Source: the human T2T-CHM13v2.0 reference genome, Homo sapiens. Taken from it: DNA of 64,000 nt. The notes beneath the pieces were generated by a model, which made no database searches, was not told the origin of the DNA, and worked only from the letters and a program-made list of their open reading frames with translations. Location of the stretch: NCBI RefSeq assembly GCF_009914755.1, contig NC_060926.1; one strand, written 5' to 3'. Positions 1 through 16,729 of the stretch are shown piece by piece; within the stretch, counting starts at the first letter, position 1; each line of letters opens with the position of its first letter. The position numbers and the translations under genes are program-made.

Positions 1-2641
<2,641 letters not shown>

Positions 2642-2899
2642 GACAGGAACAATTCTCCCCAATATGAATTCCTGTTAGAATCTGAGACAAAATGAGAAGA
2701 ATACAACATTAATAGGTGAAAAGTTCAGAAAGAATAGGAAGGCAATGTATGGAGCCCTATAAGCAATGCTATCTCTTGTCAGACAAAAAGTGGGAAAGAC
2801 CTTGGAAAATAATCTGAAAACCTTATGTGTTGATTATTTATTCAATGTATCAATTATAAAGTACATTCTGGTGTTGTTAATGGAAGTCCAGGCTTCTGT

Positions 2900-3230
2900 C
2901 TCATATAAAAGAAGTACAATGGTTGATCAACCAAAGCTGGTATGTGGGTTTCTTTGTCATCATGAGCCCAGGTCCTTCGGTCTTTCTGCTCCAACATCTT
3001 TAAAACTGCCTCACAATCTGAGAAGGCTACTGCAGCTCTAGTCATTACAGCCACCCTCCAGGAAGCAGAAGAGAGGAAAATGGCTTGGGACGAAGAATTT
3101 TCACAGAAATCACATCCAGCAACTTCCACTAATACCTCATTGTTCATTAATGTTGGTAAGGAAGGCTGAGTGATACGTTTTTTTACTTGAGATAGGAAGG
3201 AAGATGGAAAAGATGAACATAGGACAGCCC
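2900..3230 (-). mobile_element. Ancient ERVL-class LTR remnant (LTR33-like)
   Basis: cccaggtccttc..tgctcc..gctactgcagctctagtcattacagcc..ccaggaagcagaag..aggaaggctgag resembles recalled LTR33/LTR16 motifs; highly diverged. Confidence 0.45.
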
Positions 3231-3426
3231 ATTTTATAACACTTGTGTTGGACACAAAGATTTGTTATATTCTTTTGTCTAACAGAACACAAAACTCCAG
3301 CTGTAGCTGTTTTTTCCCCTTACATAATGATAATAGCAAAAACTAACCACAGTGTTTAGCACATGCCAGGCAGTGTTCTCATTACTTAACCTGTACTAGT
3401 TTATATACTTCTCACAATAACCCTAT

Positions 3427-3731
3427 TGAAGCTAGAAACCATCATTCTCAGCAAACTAACAGAGAAATAGAAAACCAAACACCGCATGTTCTCACTCATA
3501 AGTGGAAGTTGAATAATGAGAACACATGGACACAGGGAGGGGAATATCACACACCAGGGCCTGTCGCCAGGCTGGAGGAGACTAGGGGAGGGATAGCATT
3601 ATGAGAAATATCTAATGTAGATGATGGGTTGATGGGTACAGCAAACTACCATGGCATGTGTATACCTGTGTAACAAACCTGCACATTCTGCACTTGTATC
3701 CCAGAACTTAAAGTATAATAATTTTAAAAAA
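3427..3731 (+). mobile_element. 5'-truncated L1PA7/8-type 3' UTR fragment (~300 bp)
   Basis: gaagctagaaaccatcattctcagcaaactaac..gggagggatagcatta..cccagaacttaaagtataata; near-identical to the 3' UTRs at 2325-2610 and 45438-45725. Confidence 0.93.
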
Positions 3732-3783
3732 GGTATATTTTATTCTGGTTTATACCAAAAAAAATTAAAACATAAAGAGTTTA

Positions 3784-4131
<348 letters not shown>

Positions 4132-6419
4132 AAATTTGCTCAAATTAATAGGATTGGCAAGTGTCAGAACCAGGATTTGAATCCAAGTAGTCCACTTGAT
4201 TCTGTAGAATAAAAAGCTGTGAGTGAAAGTGTTTTTTAAATAAAAAATAAATGATAGCTCCAGAACAAAACAAAAATATGACTCAGAAAGGAATAACTGT
4301 TCTGAAAATTACAGTATTTTATTGATGCCATCCATTTTTTTTTCTCAGTGGCAATGATCTATTACTTTCTTCTTTAAACTTTTCTGAATTCTTCAAAATC
4401 CCCATAACGGATGGGGATTGCTTTTGTAATGAGAAAGAAAACATGTTTACTAAAATAAGGTTTACTAAAATAAGGAAATTATGGAGACTAAAATAGGGGA
4501 AAGATATTTAATCTCTAAGTCTAACAACAAGTATTAAAAATATCAGCTTGCGAGAACACTGCATAGTACTCTTCATAAATGCTGACACCACCCAACCATT
4601 GATGCATGCAAAGCTATGTCAGTTAATGAACTTAAATGTAATTCTCTCTAAAGGCAAATACTGTTAATCAACAAGCTCTCTCTAAATCATTATCAGCTTA
4701 AATGCTAGATGTTTAAATAATGTGCATTAAATTCATCTTGACCAGGCACAAGTTCTAATAACAATATTTATTGGAGATACCACACGTGGTTCACCAGTCC
4801 TTAAAGAATATTTCAATCGAACTGTAAAAGAATGGGGGAAAAAAGGCCAAAAGGTATGATGTGGGGAGAAGAAGAGATTTCTGTGGTGAAAAAGACTAAA
4901 TTTTGCTTAATGGCTAATTTTATCACTCTCAATGTGATAAAGACAAAATGTTTGTGCTAATGGAAAAGAAAAGAAGAAAAGGTTCTGGTAACTACTAAAA
5001 GGGTGGCTGACTAAGCATTGTACAAGAATACACTTTGTTTTATAGGTCTTTAAGGCAGAGCCATTACAATATAAGCAGTGACAATTTAACATTATTGAAC
5101 CTAAATTTGGGGTTTAGGTCTTTTACATGAACAACAAAACAAGTCCAATAAAACAAGACATAAAAAAAAAAAAAAAACCTTTCCAAGAATTGATTCTGTT
5201 GCAAGACCTATTCAATTATAGAACTCTTAAGAACTGAGAATGCTTTTAGAAAAAACAAACCATTCTACTTCACCCTCAAATTACAGACTTTATGGAAAGA
5301 GAATTACTGACAACTGGGGATATGAAAAAGAATATTTAAACACTAGAGAGGCACTGGACACATGAGTTACTGGGTTTTGTACATTAGACAGATGGAATTA
5401 GATGGAGAATAGAACATGAATCAGAGGGTGAGAAGTCAAGTAGGTCATAAAAAGGCCAATCTCCTCTTCCAAAGAAGAACACACAGTGAGGAGACACTGA
5501 GAGGCAAGAATGGGTGGATATCTGAAAGTTCAGAGTTCAGGTTCAGTATATCTAATACAAAAATTCAGATGCTTATTTGAATCTTCTATAAATCATCTGA
5601 GTTTACAAAACTGAGCATGTGCAGCTGCCAAAAATACCAGCTCTCTTGGGAGACTGCTGGTCCTTCTACGTCACCTCCAAGCAGAACTACTCGAATCTGA
5701 GCTTATCTAGGGACTTCTCTGGGCCCTCCTTCTGGTCAGAAACTAGAAATCAAAGATATCCATTTCAATTCAACTGCAAGAGGTGTGTGCATATTTTATT
5801 TTCTTAAAAGGTTTTGAAGGAAACTCTTAGTTTCTTGTATTTCACTCATGCTTATTAAAAAAGGAAACAATATTCTTTTCTATTTTGTCAGATATTTTTA
5901 AATGAATGTCAAAGAACCATCCTTTCTAGGAAAGCACTCAGTTGGCATCTAAAATTAATTCTATAAAATATTCTGAACCAATTATAATATGTGGTTTCTA
6001 TGCTCTTCATTTTCATTCTTTAAAAGGAGACATAGTAGGAACATAAAAATGTCTTTTCCTCACTTGTTCTAAACAAAGCCTTTATTGATATATACATGAA
6101 ACAAAGCATTCCTTACTTTAGAAACTTTTGTGGATACTTTTCATATTTCTGAAATAGAATGGTAGAGCAAAAATTGTTGTGTAGGAGACACCAGGAGGTA
6201 TCTCTCTCAGCAGCAAAAGAACTGAGGTGAGTCCATGAATGTAGGCATCATTTGTAAAATCACCTTGTTTTTCCATTTTCAAGCATTGTTCCATTTCCTC
6301 ACTGTTGTTTGAGGAAGTGATCTTATCTGTTAGGCATGAGTGTCTTCAAAGGAAATCATTAGAGGGAACATTTGAAGTTCAACACCTTGCCCCTTGTTGG
6401 TGGGGCTGTTCATGGAGGA

Positions 6420-6810
6420 TAGCAGGGGCTGTCAGTTGTTCCCCAATATCTTCTTTCCCTTCTTCCACGGTAATTGAAGTTTTAACTATGCAGATGTATT
6501 CTCAGAGAAAAAGACTACCTTTCTCAGCCTCCCTTGTAGTGAAGGGGACTACTAAGTTTTGGCCAATAACATATGAGCAGACATTTGCTTTGGCAATCTC
6601 TGAGAACCTTCCCTAAAATACAGGTGCTGAGAACACCTTGACTATTTTTCAACTCTCCCACTAAGCCTGGACTACAGAATGTGGGCAGGACCGTCTTAGA
6701 CTCTGAGGATAATAACCATTCCCTAGAGAGAGAGAGACTGGAAGAAGGCTGGATCCCTGAGGATTTTGAAAAGTAGATACTAGTAAAACTTTCAGACTTT
6801 TCTATGGAAG
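6420..6810 (+). mobile_element. Ancient ERVL LTR (LTR16-like)
   Basis: cccaatatcttctttcccttcttcc..ctttctcagcctcccttgtag..actaagttttggccaat..ggctggatccctgagga match recalled LTR16 motifs. Confidence 0.6.
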
Positions 6811-6824
6811 CTAAAAACACTTCA

Positions 6825-7585
6825 CGTCACACTCCATGCTGTTTCCTGAACATGTTAAGCATCCTACTGCCCCAGCACCATTATACTTGCCCTTCCCTAT
6901 GCTTGGATCTCCTCACCTCAATATATCTGTATTAGTCCGTTTTCATGCTGCTATAAAGAACTGCCTGAGACTGGATAATTTACAAAGAAAAGAGGTTTAA
7001 TTGGCTCACAGTTCCACATGACTGGGGAGGCCTCACAAAACTTAGAATCGTGGTGGAAGGTGAAGGAGAAGCAAGGCACGTGTTACATGGTGGCAGGCGA
7101 GAGAAGAACGTGTGAAGGAGGAGCTGTCAAACACTTGTAAAACCATCAGATCTCGTGAGAGCTCACTCACTATCATGAGAACAGTATGGGGGTAACTACC
7201 CCCATGATCCAATCACTTCCCATCAGGTCCCTCCCTCAACTTGTGGAGATTATGGGGATCACAATTCAAGATGAGATTTGGGTGGGGACACAGAGCCAGA
7301 CCATATCAATATCCTTTTTACTTGGTCTTTTATTCATATGTCCTTTCTCAAATAGTTTTGCACAAGGGAGTTCCCTAGTCACCCCATTTGAATCACAACC
7401 CTACCCCCATTATTTCTGTTTCTCCTTCCCTGCTTTTTCCTTTTCAGAACTTACCAACTAACACACCATATTTTATTTATTTATCTTGTTTACTGTCTGT
7501 CTCCCCTACAAAAATATATGGCTCAGTGAGGGAAAAAAAAACTACCAATAGCTCTCATATCCCATTAAATGTTTGTCAAATGAAC
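6825..7585 (+). mobile_element. L2 LINE 3' region interrupted by a THE1 LTR
   Basis: gctgtttcctgaacatg.. on the left; tttatttatcttgtttactgtctgtctcccc and aaatgtttgtcaaatgaa (L2 3' end) on the right. Confidence 0.65.
6928..7308 (-). mobile_element. THE1D-type MaLR solo LTR
   Basis: Termini tgtattagtcc..ccagaccatatca; exact 5-bp TSD atatc at 6923-6927 and 7309-7313. Confidence 0.95.
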
Positions 7586-7684
7586 AAAACCAGTCAGGTG
7601 TGCAGAGATGACAAAATGAAGTGCAGATATGACAAAAATAATAATGATGGAGTGAAGTTAATCACATGTGCTTTTCTGATTCAC

Positions 7685-7875
7685 ATTCCATAAATACTTT
7701 CCGAATGCCTAATATGTGCCAAGCATTAACAAGTTACCTTTCCATGTAACATCTAATATAATCCCAATGAGAACGTACCTCAGCAGGTGTTAGTATCCTA
7801 TTTTTACTGATGAGGAATCTGACATGTAAAAGAGCATTTTGAGCAAGTTACTGAAGCAAGTAAGACAAGGATTTT
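7685..7875 (-). mobile_element. MIR SINE
   Basis: gaatgcctaatatgtgccaagca..tatcctatttttactgatgaggaatctga (reverse MIR core). Confidence 0.65.
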
Positions 7876-8539
7876 CATAGAGAATGATGACCAGACTGGG
7901 TTGTCTCTAATTCATGAAAAGAAACGATACAGGAGAGGTCAGGAGAGGGGCATCTGCACCAGCATCTAAAACTAAAAGCAGATATAAATAACAAAGCCTT
8001 AAACAGGGCCTCTTCTTCCCTCTGTACTCAGGTTAAATAGGTAAACTGAAGAAAATTTCTATAAGTAAATTTGCACAATAATCTTAAGAAAATTGTAGTC
8101 ACTAATAAAATACATAAGGATGTATCATAGTTAATAAGCGTATCTAGACCAGTCTTTCAAAAAAAACAATCATAGCTGTGCCCTCCACATCTGCACTGGT
8201 TAGCAATCTCCTAGATAAGCATCTTCTAAGAGTGAAAATGAATGAAAGTGAGCAAAAACAAATAAAGCACAACTTTCAAATTACTTTTATGTCTTCAGTT
8301 ACAATAATAATTATTTTATTTTATTCCTATCCAAAAATTCATAAGCAGTATGTTATAAAAACAGGCATTTGTTTGCTCTCCTTATATGTGTTCTTTATAA
8401 ATACATATGTGCAGATAAATACATATAAAAGAAATAAAATGCCTGTAGCTTTAAACCTTCTTGAGATTAATAAAAGAGTATCTGAATATTCACATTATGT
8501 TAACATCATTTCAAAATTCTTCCTCAGTTTATTTGGACA

Positions 8540-8797
8540 GGAGCAGAATATGTGAAAAGAGAACAGATATTTCAGCCAAATAGAAGTTGATTGAAATCTA
8601 CTAGTGATATAATCAAAGATGAATCATTGAACATAAATCACTGGTCAGTAGTTTCCCCACCAGCAAAATGAGAAAGAGAGTATCTACCTTGCAAGGATTC
8701 CTAGCTACGAGGAATAGAAGTAACAACATATGCAACGTGGCTAGCATGTGCCTAGCTCAGCATGGATGTTCAGCAAATGCTAATCAGCATTATAATA
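8540..8797 (+). mobile_element. MIR SINE
   Basis: agtttccccaccagcaaaatgag..tatctaccttgcaaggatt..gtgcctagctcag..gttcagcaaatgcta. Confidence 0.65.
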
Positions 8798-10137
8798 GTT
8801 CTGAAAAGATAGCCCATCCCTCTCCTTTCATAAGAAGTCAATAATTACATTTCCTCTCTTTTTCCTGCAAATCCTTAGGGAAACAGAAGGGAAACAATGT
8901 ATCTCAGATTTCCCAGATTCAGATAATAGATTAGTTCTTGGAACTTATTCTTCATAATGCTTTATTTGGTACAGTATTCAAACCCAGCCTCCAAAAATAT
9001 TAGCCTTTTTTCTTTGATCAAATAATCTAACCCACAAATTATAATTCTATCAAAAGTTCTATAGAAAAAAAAAGATGGAAACTATATGAAATCTGAAATC
9101 TTTGAAAGAACCTGACCACAGATGTGAATATCTCTTCCATAAACATATTTATTCCCTTTCATACTGAATAATGTTCCAGATGTTTTTGGGCAACACTCCT
9201 CCAGTGCAGCTGGCATCTACAGCAGTGTACCTGGGATGTTCTGACACTTCAGTCATCCTAAGAGATGTGCTAAATAAAATTGCGTGCAAGATGTTCATCT
9301 GGGCTATCAGCAGTTAGCTGATTAAAATGAAATGATTACTGGAGAAACTGAGAAATGGCCATTTTAAGCATGTGTTCATGGTACGTAAAACAATAGTATT
9401 AGATATTAGTAAGAAACTTTTTTTCAAAGTGCCATTTGTTTTGAAAGTGCCACTATAGCAAAGAAATACACTCCAAGGAAATTCATTCGATTACATGTTT
9501 GTAATTTGGTCTTTGGGTAATGTAATCATACTAGACTTTGCCCCAAATGTTCCTTCAATGAATGAGTTCAAGGATAAATGGCCCAAGATTTTGTTCCAAA
9601 GGACTAAAATAGTGAAATCGAGATGAAACTATTTTATACAATCTAAATATAAAAGCTGTAACAATGAATATTGTCTTTGTAAAAATTTGGCACGATGGAG
9701 GCAGTTTCTAACTGCTAATTCCTCCACCTGTATACAAATTCTTTCCTCTTCTGTCTGTTCATAGGCAATCATCCAGTCCAACTGCTATATATTGTCAACT
9801 TTTTAATATTTATTGGGCCTTCCCATCAGCATTTCAGGTGGTTCAAGTCTCTACCAGCTTATTAAAGTCAAATGCTTTCATCAAACACGTAACCCCATAC
9901 TCCCCTTTATCCCCTATCCCTAGCTCTCTTTTCTCATCTAAAATTTAAATGGTTTAAACCCTCTACAATTATATCCATAAAATAACACCTGAATACTCAT
10001 AATATTACTAACATTATTTCAAAATTCTTCCCCGGTTTATTTAAGTAGTAGCCATGGGTCTTTTTTAAGAAAAGGCCTACATTCACTCTCCCCTCCATTT
10101 TACAGCTTCACAAAAAAAAAAAAAAAAAAAAAGGTGT

Positions 10138-11385
10138 TGTCATCAAGGTCACCAGAGAACTGTTGTTGCTAAAGGACAGGGGACTCCTTCCACTTAACCT
10201 TTTATTTCTCACAATCATTTAGTCACCTGTACCAGGAAACCCTCTCTTTGCTTCATTTCCATGACAGCTCACCTTTCTGGCTTCCATGCTACCTCCCTCA
10301 ATCCTCCTTTTCTGCCTGATTTTCACATTTGTCTTCTTCTACCTGTTCCTTACCATTTGGTTCTTAGTCCTCTTCTCTACAACCCTTCTTGACAAATCAT
10401 CCATTCCCATGGCAACAGTTAGTGACTCCTAGTCATCACTGTCCACCACCCCACACCTTCGGTTCTCCCTGTGTTCCCTGTTTCAGGCAACAGCATCACC
10501 ATAGACTGAGTTGCACAATGGAAGAATACGAGTTACTTTAACTCCTTTCTTTCCCTCACTCCCCATATCCAGTACATGGCCAGGTTCTATTGTTCCTGCT
10601 TCCTAAATACCTCTTGAATCCATTTACTTCTTTCCATCCCTTTAGCCAGAACACCACCCTCTCCTTCATCAATGACTGCAGTAGCCTAACTAGTCTTTCT
10701 GCTTCCCACTTTTGCTTCAGTTGCACTCCTATTTATTCTTTTACCATGTACAATTTAGATTATTTAGATCCTCTTAAATTTTAGTGACAATCTTCTTCCT
10801 AAAACACAGACTCTTTATAAAATCAAGTTACTACCATGCTTAAAATGCCTCAACAGAGTCCTCTTGCCACCATAATAAAGTCTATATCAGCACTTTTATA
10901 TCAGAGGCCTGGTGACTTGTAAATGAAGTTTAACTTCCCAATATCATCTCCTTCCTTGACTTCACAGTCCAGTGGGCTGTACTGAACTAACTGCAATTGA
11001 ACCCACATGACACAGTCTCCTGCACTTTTCAATGCAACACATGCTGTCCCTTCTGTCAGAGTGTTCTTCCTCCAACCGTCATTTCACCAGCACCCATTCT
11101 TCTTTCTCTACTAACATGTCAGCTCCTCCCTTCTCTGACCACCTCCATCTCAACCCTAGATTAGATACTCTTCCTGTGAATGTGCCTATCTCCCTTGACT
11201 CACAGCACTCTAGCACTTACCTCATTGTGTTTTAGTTACCCATTTGCCACCTCCCTCCTCCACACTCCCACTAGATTGTAAACTGTTTTCAGGCAATGAC
11301 AGTGGTGGAGTTCTTTCTTGCATCCCCAGCACACTGTATGGTCCTGACACAAAGTCGGTACTTGATAATATTCACTGAGTGTAGA
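10138..11385 (+). mobile_element. L2 LINE 3' ~1.2 kb
   Basis: catcaaggtcacca..ttgctaaa, long pyrimidine-rich body, ends ccactagattgtaaactg..catccccagcac..cctgacacaaagtcggtacttgataatattcactgagtg. Confidence 0.8.
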
Positions 11386-11824
11386 AATCCTTGCATGACA
11401 GGAATGACCAATTGGAAATTGGCCCCCAGATTTATGATATTTTCCCACTACTACTTTATATCAACCTTCCCTCCAACCAAAACAAACTATGGCACAGTAT
11501 AGTCATGACTTTCTCTGCCTTTCAACTGTTAAGGTACTTTCAGCCCAATTCATATTCCATGTCCTCCTTGAGTCCTAAAATAATTTCTCAAATCTAACAT
11601 ACAATTTTCTTCTTAGTGTTCATATAATGCTTTCTATCTTTGTGACTTCTTTTAGAACAGAAGCACCTGTAAACCTATGCCCTAGTCCCTAACAGGTCAT
11701 CAGTATAATTAAATATTAAATCACTAAGTTTAGGATGTTACACACTAAGTTATTGTTACACAGTAATAGATAACCAGAAACATTTTTGGAGTGCCTACTA
11801 TGTTCTAAGTATCCTTTCTAGCAC

Positions 11825-14800
11825 GTTCCTCCACATTCTTACAAACACTGATATTATCAGAGTTTTAATTGTTGACAGTCTGACAGTTGTGAAATGGCAC
11901 TTATTTAGGTTTTAATTTGCACTCTTACCATGAAGTTCAGCTCCTTTCCACATGTTTGTTGCCATTCAGGCTTATTCTTTTGTGAATTACTTGCTCATGA
12001 TTTTGCCCATTTTTGTTACATTGTTTGCTTTGATGTTAATGATTCACAGGAGTCTCATATAATATTACCAAACACCAGTCATTTGTAGGTTGCATGTATT
12101 GTAAATATCTTTTCCCAATTTTTGGCGTGTCATTTCCCTTTCTTTATATTGTCTTGATAAGGAGAAGTTTTATATACATTTTTTAAGGTTTACCCTTCTT
12201 CCTCTTCCTCCTCTCCTTTCTCTTCCATTTCTTTGTCTTCTTCTCTCCTCTTCTTCCATAGCCTCAGCTCATTGAAATAGTTCTCATATATTTTTCTGGA
12301 ATGCATTCTAAAGTTTTGCTTTTGACATGTAAACTCTTGATCCACCTCAAATTTACTCATTCATTTATTTTGATATGGTTTGATTCAAGGATCCCTTTTT
12401 CTAACCATAAAATAACCTTTTGTTTCAACACCATGCATTGATCAGACTATCCTTTCCCCAGTGACCTTCAATACAAGCTCTTCAGTCTATCAGATATCCA
12501 TCAATACATGGCTCTGTTTCTGTACTCCCTACACTATTCTGTTGGCTGATTTGATTCTTGTGCCAATATCAAATTGTTAAAATTACCATTTTGTAGTAAT
12601 TTTTCATATTGGGTAGGGGAAACCACTTCATCTTCAGAAGTGCCAGTATTCCTGGTCCTTTCCTCTTGCATGTGAATTTTAGCATTAGTTTGTCAAGTTT
12701 CATAAAAATCCTTTCTGGAACTTGGGTTTGGTGGCATATAAAAATGAAATTAACCTGGGTGAATTTAGCAAACTGGATAAACTTATATAATAGTTTGTCC
12801 TTGGATTATTTAGGGTTTTCAATGTGGACAAATGTTTTATCTGTGAATGAATGTATGAAAACTATGTATCTTCCTTACCATTCCTTACTCTTGATAAAAG
12901 AAAAACTTCAGCCGAATTAAGTTCAAAGCGGTTTAATTGAGCAATGTACGATTCGCGAATCAGGCAGCCCCCAGAATCACAGCAGATTCACAGAGACTCC
13001 AGGGGTCCATGGTCAGAACAAATTTATCGACAAAAAAGGTAAAGTGACATACAAGAATCAGAAGGAAGGTAGAGAAACAGTGGGATTGGTTCAACGTTCA
13101 AATAAGGAAAAGCTCAACGTTTGCCTTATTTGAACACGGTTTGAACATTCAGCAGTCTCTGAGTATGGCTGCTGGGATTGGCCAGCACTCAGCCATTGTT
13201 ACAGGTGTATACTATTTAGGATTTCAATTTTGTCTGACTTTTAAGCTGGTTACAGTTCATCCACAAGGACCCAAATATAGAAGTACGGAGTCCTTCTCAG
13301 GCCATATTTTGTTTGCTTTAACAAGCTTTTCTTGTGTGTTTTACTGTACAAACTGAAACTTCATGGACAATGTCGAATGGGTATAAAGTGTGGTAGTACT
13401 GATCTTGCTTTGTTCATGTTTTCAAAGAGAATGCTTGTAATGTTTCTTTATTAGTATGATATTTATTTTAGATTTTTTGTGGATATTATTATCAGGTTAG
13501 AAAAGTCCCCATTTTATTTTTAGTTTTCTACGAATTTTATCATGAAATGTTGTTGAACTTAAATGAATACTGTTACTGTATTTAATGAAATGTTTATAAT
13601 TTTTCCTTTAATCTGTTAATTTTTTAATTCAGTAATAGATTTTCTAATGTTGACTAACTTGCATTTCTGAAATAAGCCTACAGTCCATGTTTTAATCATG
13701 TCTGAATTCATTTTATAAATATGTTGTTTAAAATTTTACCATCTATAGTCAAGAATAAATTAACTTTTAATTTTTCTTCCTCATACTATTCACTTTTGGT
13801 TCCAATATTAAGGTTATATACTAAGTATGTAATATTAGTTTGTGTAAGATAGGAATAACATGATTATTGATTGCTTCGAGAACTCAAAGGTAAAATTATC
13901 TGGGCTTGATATTATCTTTATAGGAAGGCATTTGATCTCTGATTCAAAATGTTAATGGTTATAGACTATTAAGTTTTCCATTTAGCCTTGAATCAAATTT
14001 TTTAATTTGTATCATCCAGAAATGTATCTATTCCACCTTTGTTTCAAAAGTATTATAAAGGTTTTCATAATATGCTTTTCCTTTTTAGTGTCTGCTACAT
14101 CTATAATTATACCTGCTTTTTTGTTCATAATATTGCTCATTTTTTCTCTCCTTTTAAACTCAAGTTGTCTTTTGTAAGGGAATGTATCTTTTTTTAATCC
14201 AAATAACCAATCTTTAGTTTTATTGGTCCTGTATTTTATACCTTTATGTTCATTTCATCCATATCTGCTCCTGTCTTAAGTTATTTCCTTTCATCCATAT
14301 TCTCTACATTTAGATTGTAGTATTTTGTATTTGAATGCTTAGCTTGTTTATTTTCAAATGGTCTTTTAAAATATGAATATTTAAAGCTGCAAATTTCTTA
14401 CCAAGTATAGCTTTAACTGCATCTCATGAGTTTTAATATGTAGAATTTCCATTTTTATAGAATCCAAATTTTTTCCTAAATTTCATTATAATTTTTTAAT
14501 ACACAAGTTATATAGAAATATATTTCTAAATTTCAAAATACATTCAGAGATGTGTAATGGATTTACAACTTTACTGAATTATGGTCAGTGTAGGTGATCT
14601 GTAAGAAATCCCTTTTCAATAATTTTTTGAGATTTGCTTAATGGTCTAGTATATGGTCAATTTTATAAAAGTTCTCCATATGCTTGAAAATGATGTGTAT
14701 TGTTTCATTGTTACAGCAATTTTCTAAGCATAACCATTAGCTTAAGCATGTATTTATCATAATTTTTCATCAATATGGATCTAACAACTTCTGAAACAGA

Positions 14801-16210
14801 TGTGTGAATGTCTTATGATAACAAATTTGTCATTTCATCCTAGTTTTTTTAACTTTTCTGTATATGTTTCAATATCATATTAATTTCATAAAATCTTACT
14901 CATGAATCCAATTTTAATCAATATTTAAGAGGCCTTGTTAGCTCTAGCAATGTTTCCCCAACTTGAAAATCTAAATTGTTTTGTGTTAATGTGGCTTTCC
15001 AGTTTTCTTTTGGCCAGTATTTACCTAGTGTAGCTTTTCTCCATCCTTTCACATTCTACCTTCCTGTGTTGTTATATTTTTGGTGTGTTTGCTATAAACA
15101 GAGTATGGCTACGTTTTGTTTTGTTCTGTTTATTCAGTCTGGCAAACTTCGTCTGTTAACTAGAGCATTTAGTCTATTTACATTGATTGAGATTGCTGTT
15201 CTATTTGGAATCATTTCTCCCAATTTATTGTATACACTTTATGTGACCTACTTGTTCTGGATTTCTTTTGCTTTTTTTGACTTCTTTTAGGTTGAGATTT
15301 TTTTCTTTCCTTTATTTCTTATTAATGACTTAGATGTTTTATGCTCTGCTTCTGTACCTTTAATGTTACCCTATATAGTCTAACATTTATATATAACACT
15401 TTTAGTTTAATCAGCTCTTTGTATTTCTGGTAAATTATACAAAAACTTTAGATCACTAACGTGTATCACCTTTTTCTTATTTGACATGCAATTACTATCT
15501 AGCATTTTAGCTTTTTTCTTGACTTTAATCCAACATAATAGACATTTTTGTTACTGTTTTATAAAGTAAACTATTTTTATTAAAAATCTGTCATTTTCTT
15601 TACTCACCATTTCATCGTGCATCAGATTTCTCTTTTGGGATTCCTTTTCTTCTAAGAGTTCACTGTCTAAAATGTCCTAACTGAAGCTCTGTGTATAATA
15701 AATGCTCTTGATCTTATATTTTGAATTCAAATTATACTTATGTAGCTCTCAGCTCTGAGATATTGTTTCACTATATATAACTCTAGTTTGACATCTATTT
15801 TTCTCAGTATTTGATGACATTATTCCACTAATTTCTGATTTCCATTGATGTTGTTGAAAATCAGTTATCAATATCACTCTCATTCATTTTTTATTATTTG
15901 TCTTTTCCCTCTGGCTGCTCTCAAGATCTTATCTTTATATTTAGTGTCACACAAATTTACTGCCACAAGACTACACATTTACACAGCTTAGAATTCATCA
16001 GGATTCCTGAATCTAAGAATTTTAATACAATTCGGGAAAATTTTCATTCATCATCCCTTTGAATATTGGTAACCAATATTCCCTGTTAGAAGGATACTGG
16101 GTTACATATTTGTTGCACTTTCTCGCTCTTTCAAGTTTCTTAATCTCTTGTCCATATTTTCCAGGTATTTTCCTGACCTATCGTCTAGAACACTAATTCT
16201 CTTTATTAGT
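11825..16210 (-). mobile_element. Old L1 (L1ME-class) ORF2 to ORF1 body, antisense, heavily decayed
   Basis: T-rich strand with reverse L1 motifs: tgtgaaatggcac..ttttaatttgcac, caacaccat..tcctttcccca, ttcttgtgccaata, tgcttgaaaatgatgtgtatt, ttttccctctggctgctctcaagat. Confidence 0.8.
12892..13323 (-). mobile_element. ERV1 solo LTR, MER57A1-like, inserted in the old L1
   Basis: Reverse complement begins tgttaaagcaaacaaaatatggcctgagaaggactccgtacttctatatttg and ends ggctgaagtttttcttttatca, as in recalled MER57A1; TG..CA termini; no clean TSD seen. Confidence 0.88.
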
Positions 16211-16212
16211 CC

Positions 16213-16605
16213 ATTTTGACTATAAAATACAATATACGTACAAAAATGTATAAAACACAAGACAGTTTTAAAGCTTACTGCATGAACCCCCATCTAAGAC
16301 AAGAAACAGAATACTGCTAGCACCCTGGAAACACAACCCCCTCCATCATGCACTTCTTCCCAATCATAACCTCCATGCTATTCTCTAAAGGTGACCACTT
16401 TCCTGACATTTGTGCTAATTGTCTTGAATCTTCTGAATATGCATCCTTAAACACTGTAGTTTAATTTTGTCTATTATTGAACTTTATGTAAATTGAATCA
16501 TACGGTATTCATGCTTTCATGTGTAGCTCATTTATATCAATACTACTATTGTGACATTTGGCATGTTATTGTGGGTAGCTATAATTTGTTCATTTTCATT
16601 CTGTA
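16213..16605 (-). mobile_element. L1ME 3'-end fragment
   Basis: aagaaacagaatactgctagcaccctggaa..aaggtgaccact..tttatgtaaattgaatcatac..ttgttcattttcatt. Confidence 0.65.
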
Positions 16606-16729
16606 ATTAAAGATGCCCAAAGCAAAGCTAGTCCCAGATACTCATCTCACTTCTCTGAGTTTCTATCTTCTTTAAATTTTTGAACTAATAATCTTATTCT
16701 GTTATCCTTTCAATGCCTTCAAACACATG

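Noticed and set aside
9180-9317. 45-codon ORF MFLGNTPPVQLASTAVYLG after a CAG in non-repeat DNA
   Set aside because: Short, unrecognised and without a convincing exon structure
11809-11817. Perfect U12-type donor GTATCCTTT upstream of the ccttaac motifs at 21.1 and 22.6 kb
   Set aside because: Lies in a decayed L2/MIR-like tail with no exon before it; one such 9-mer in 64 kb is unremarkable
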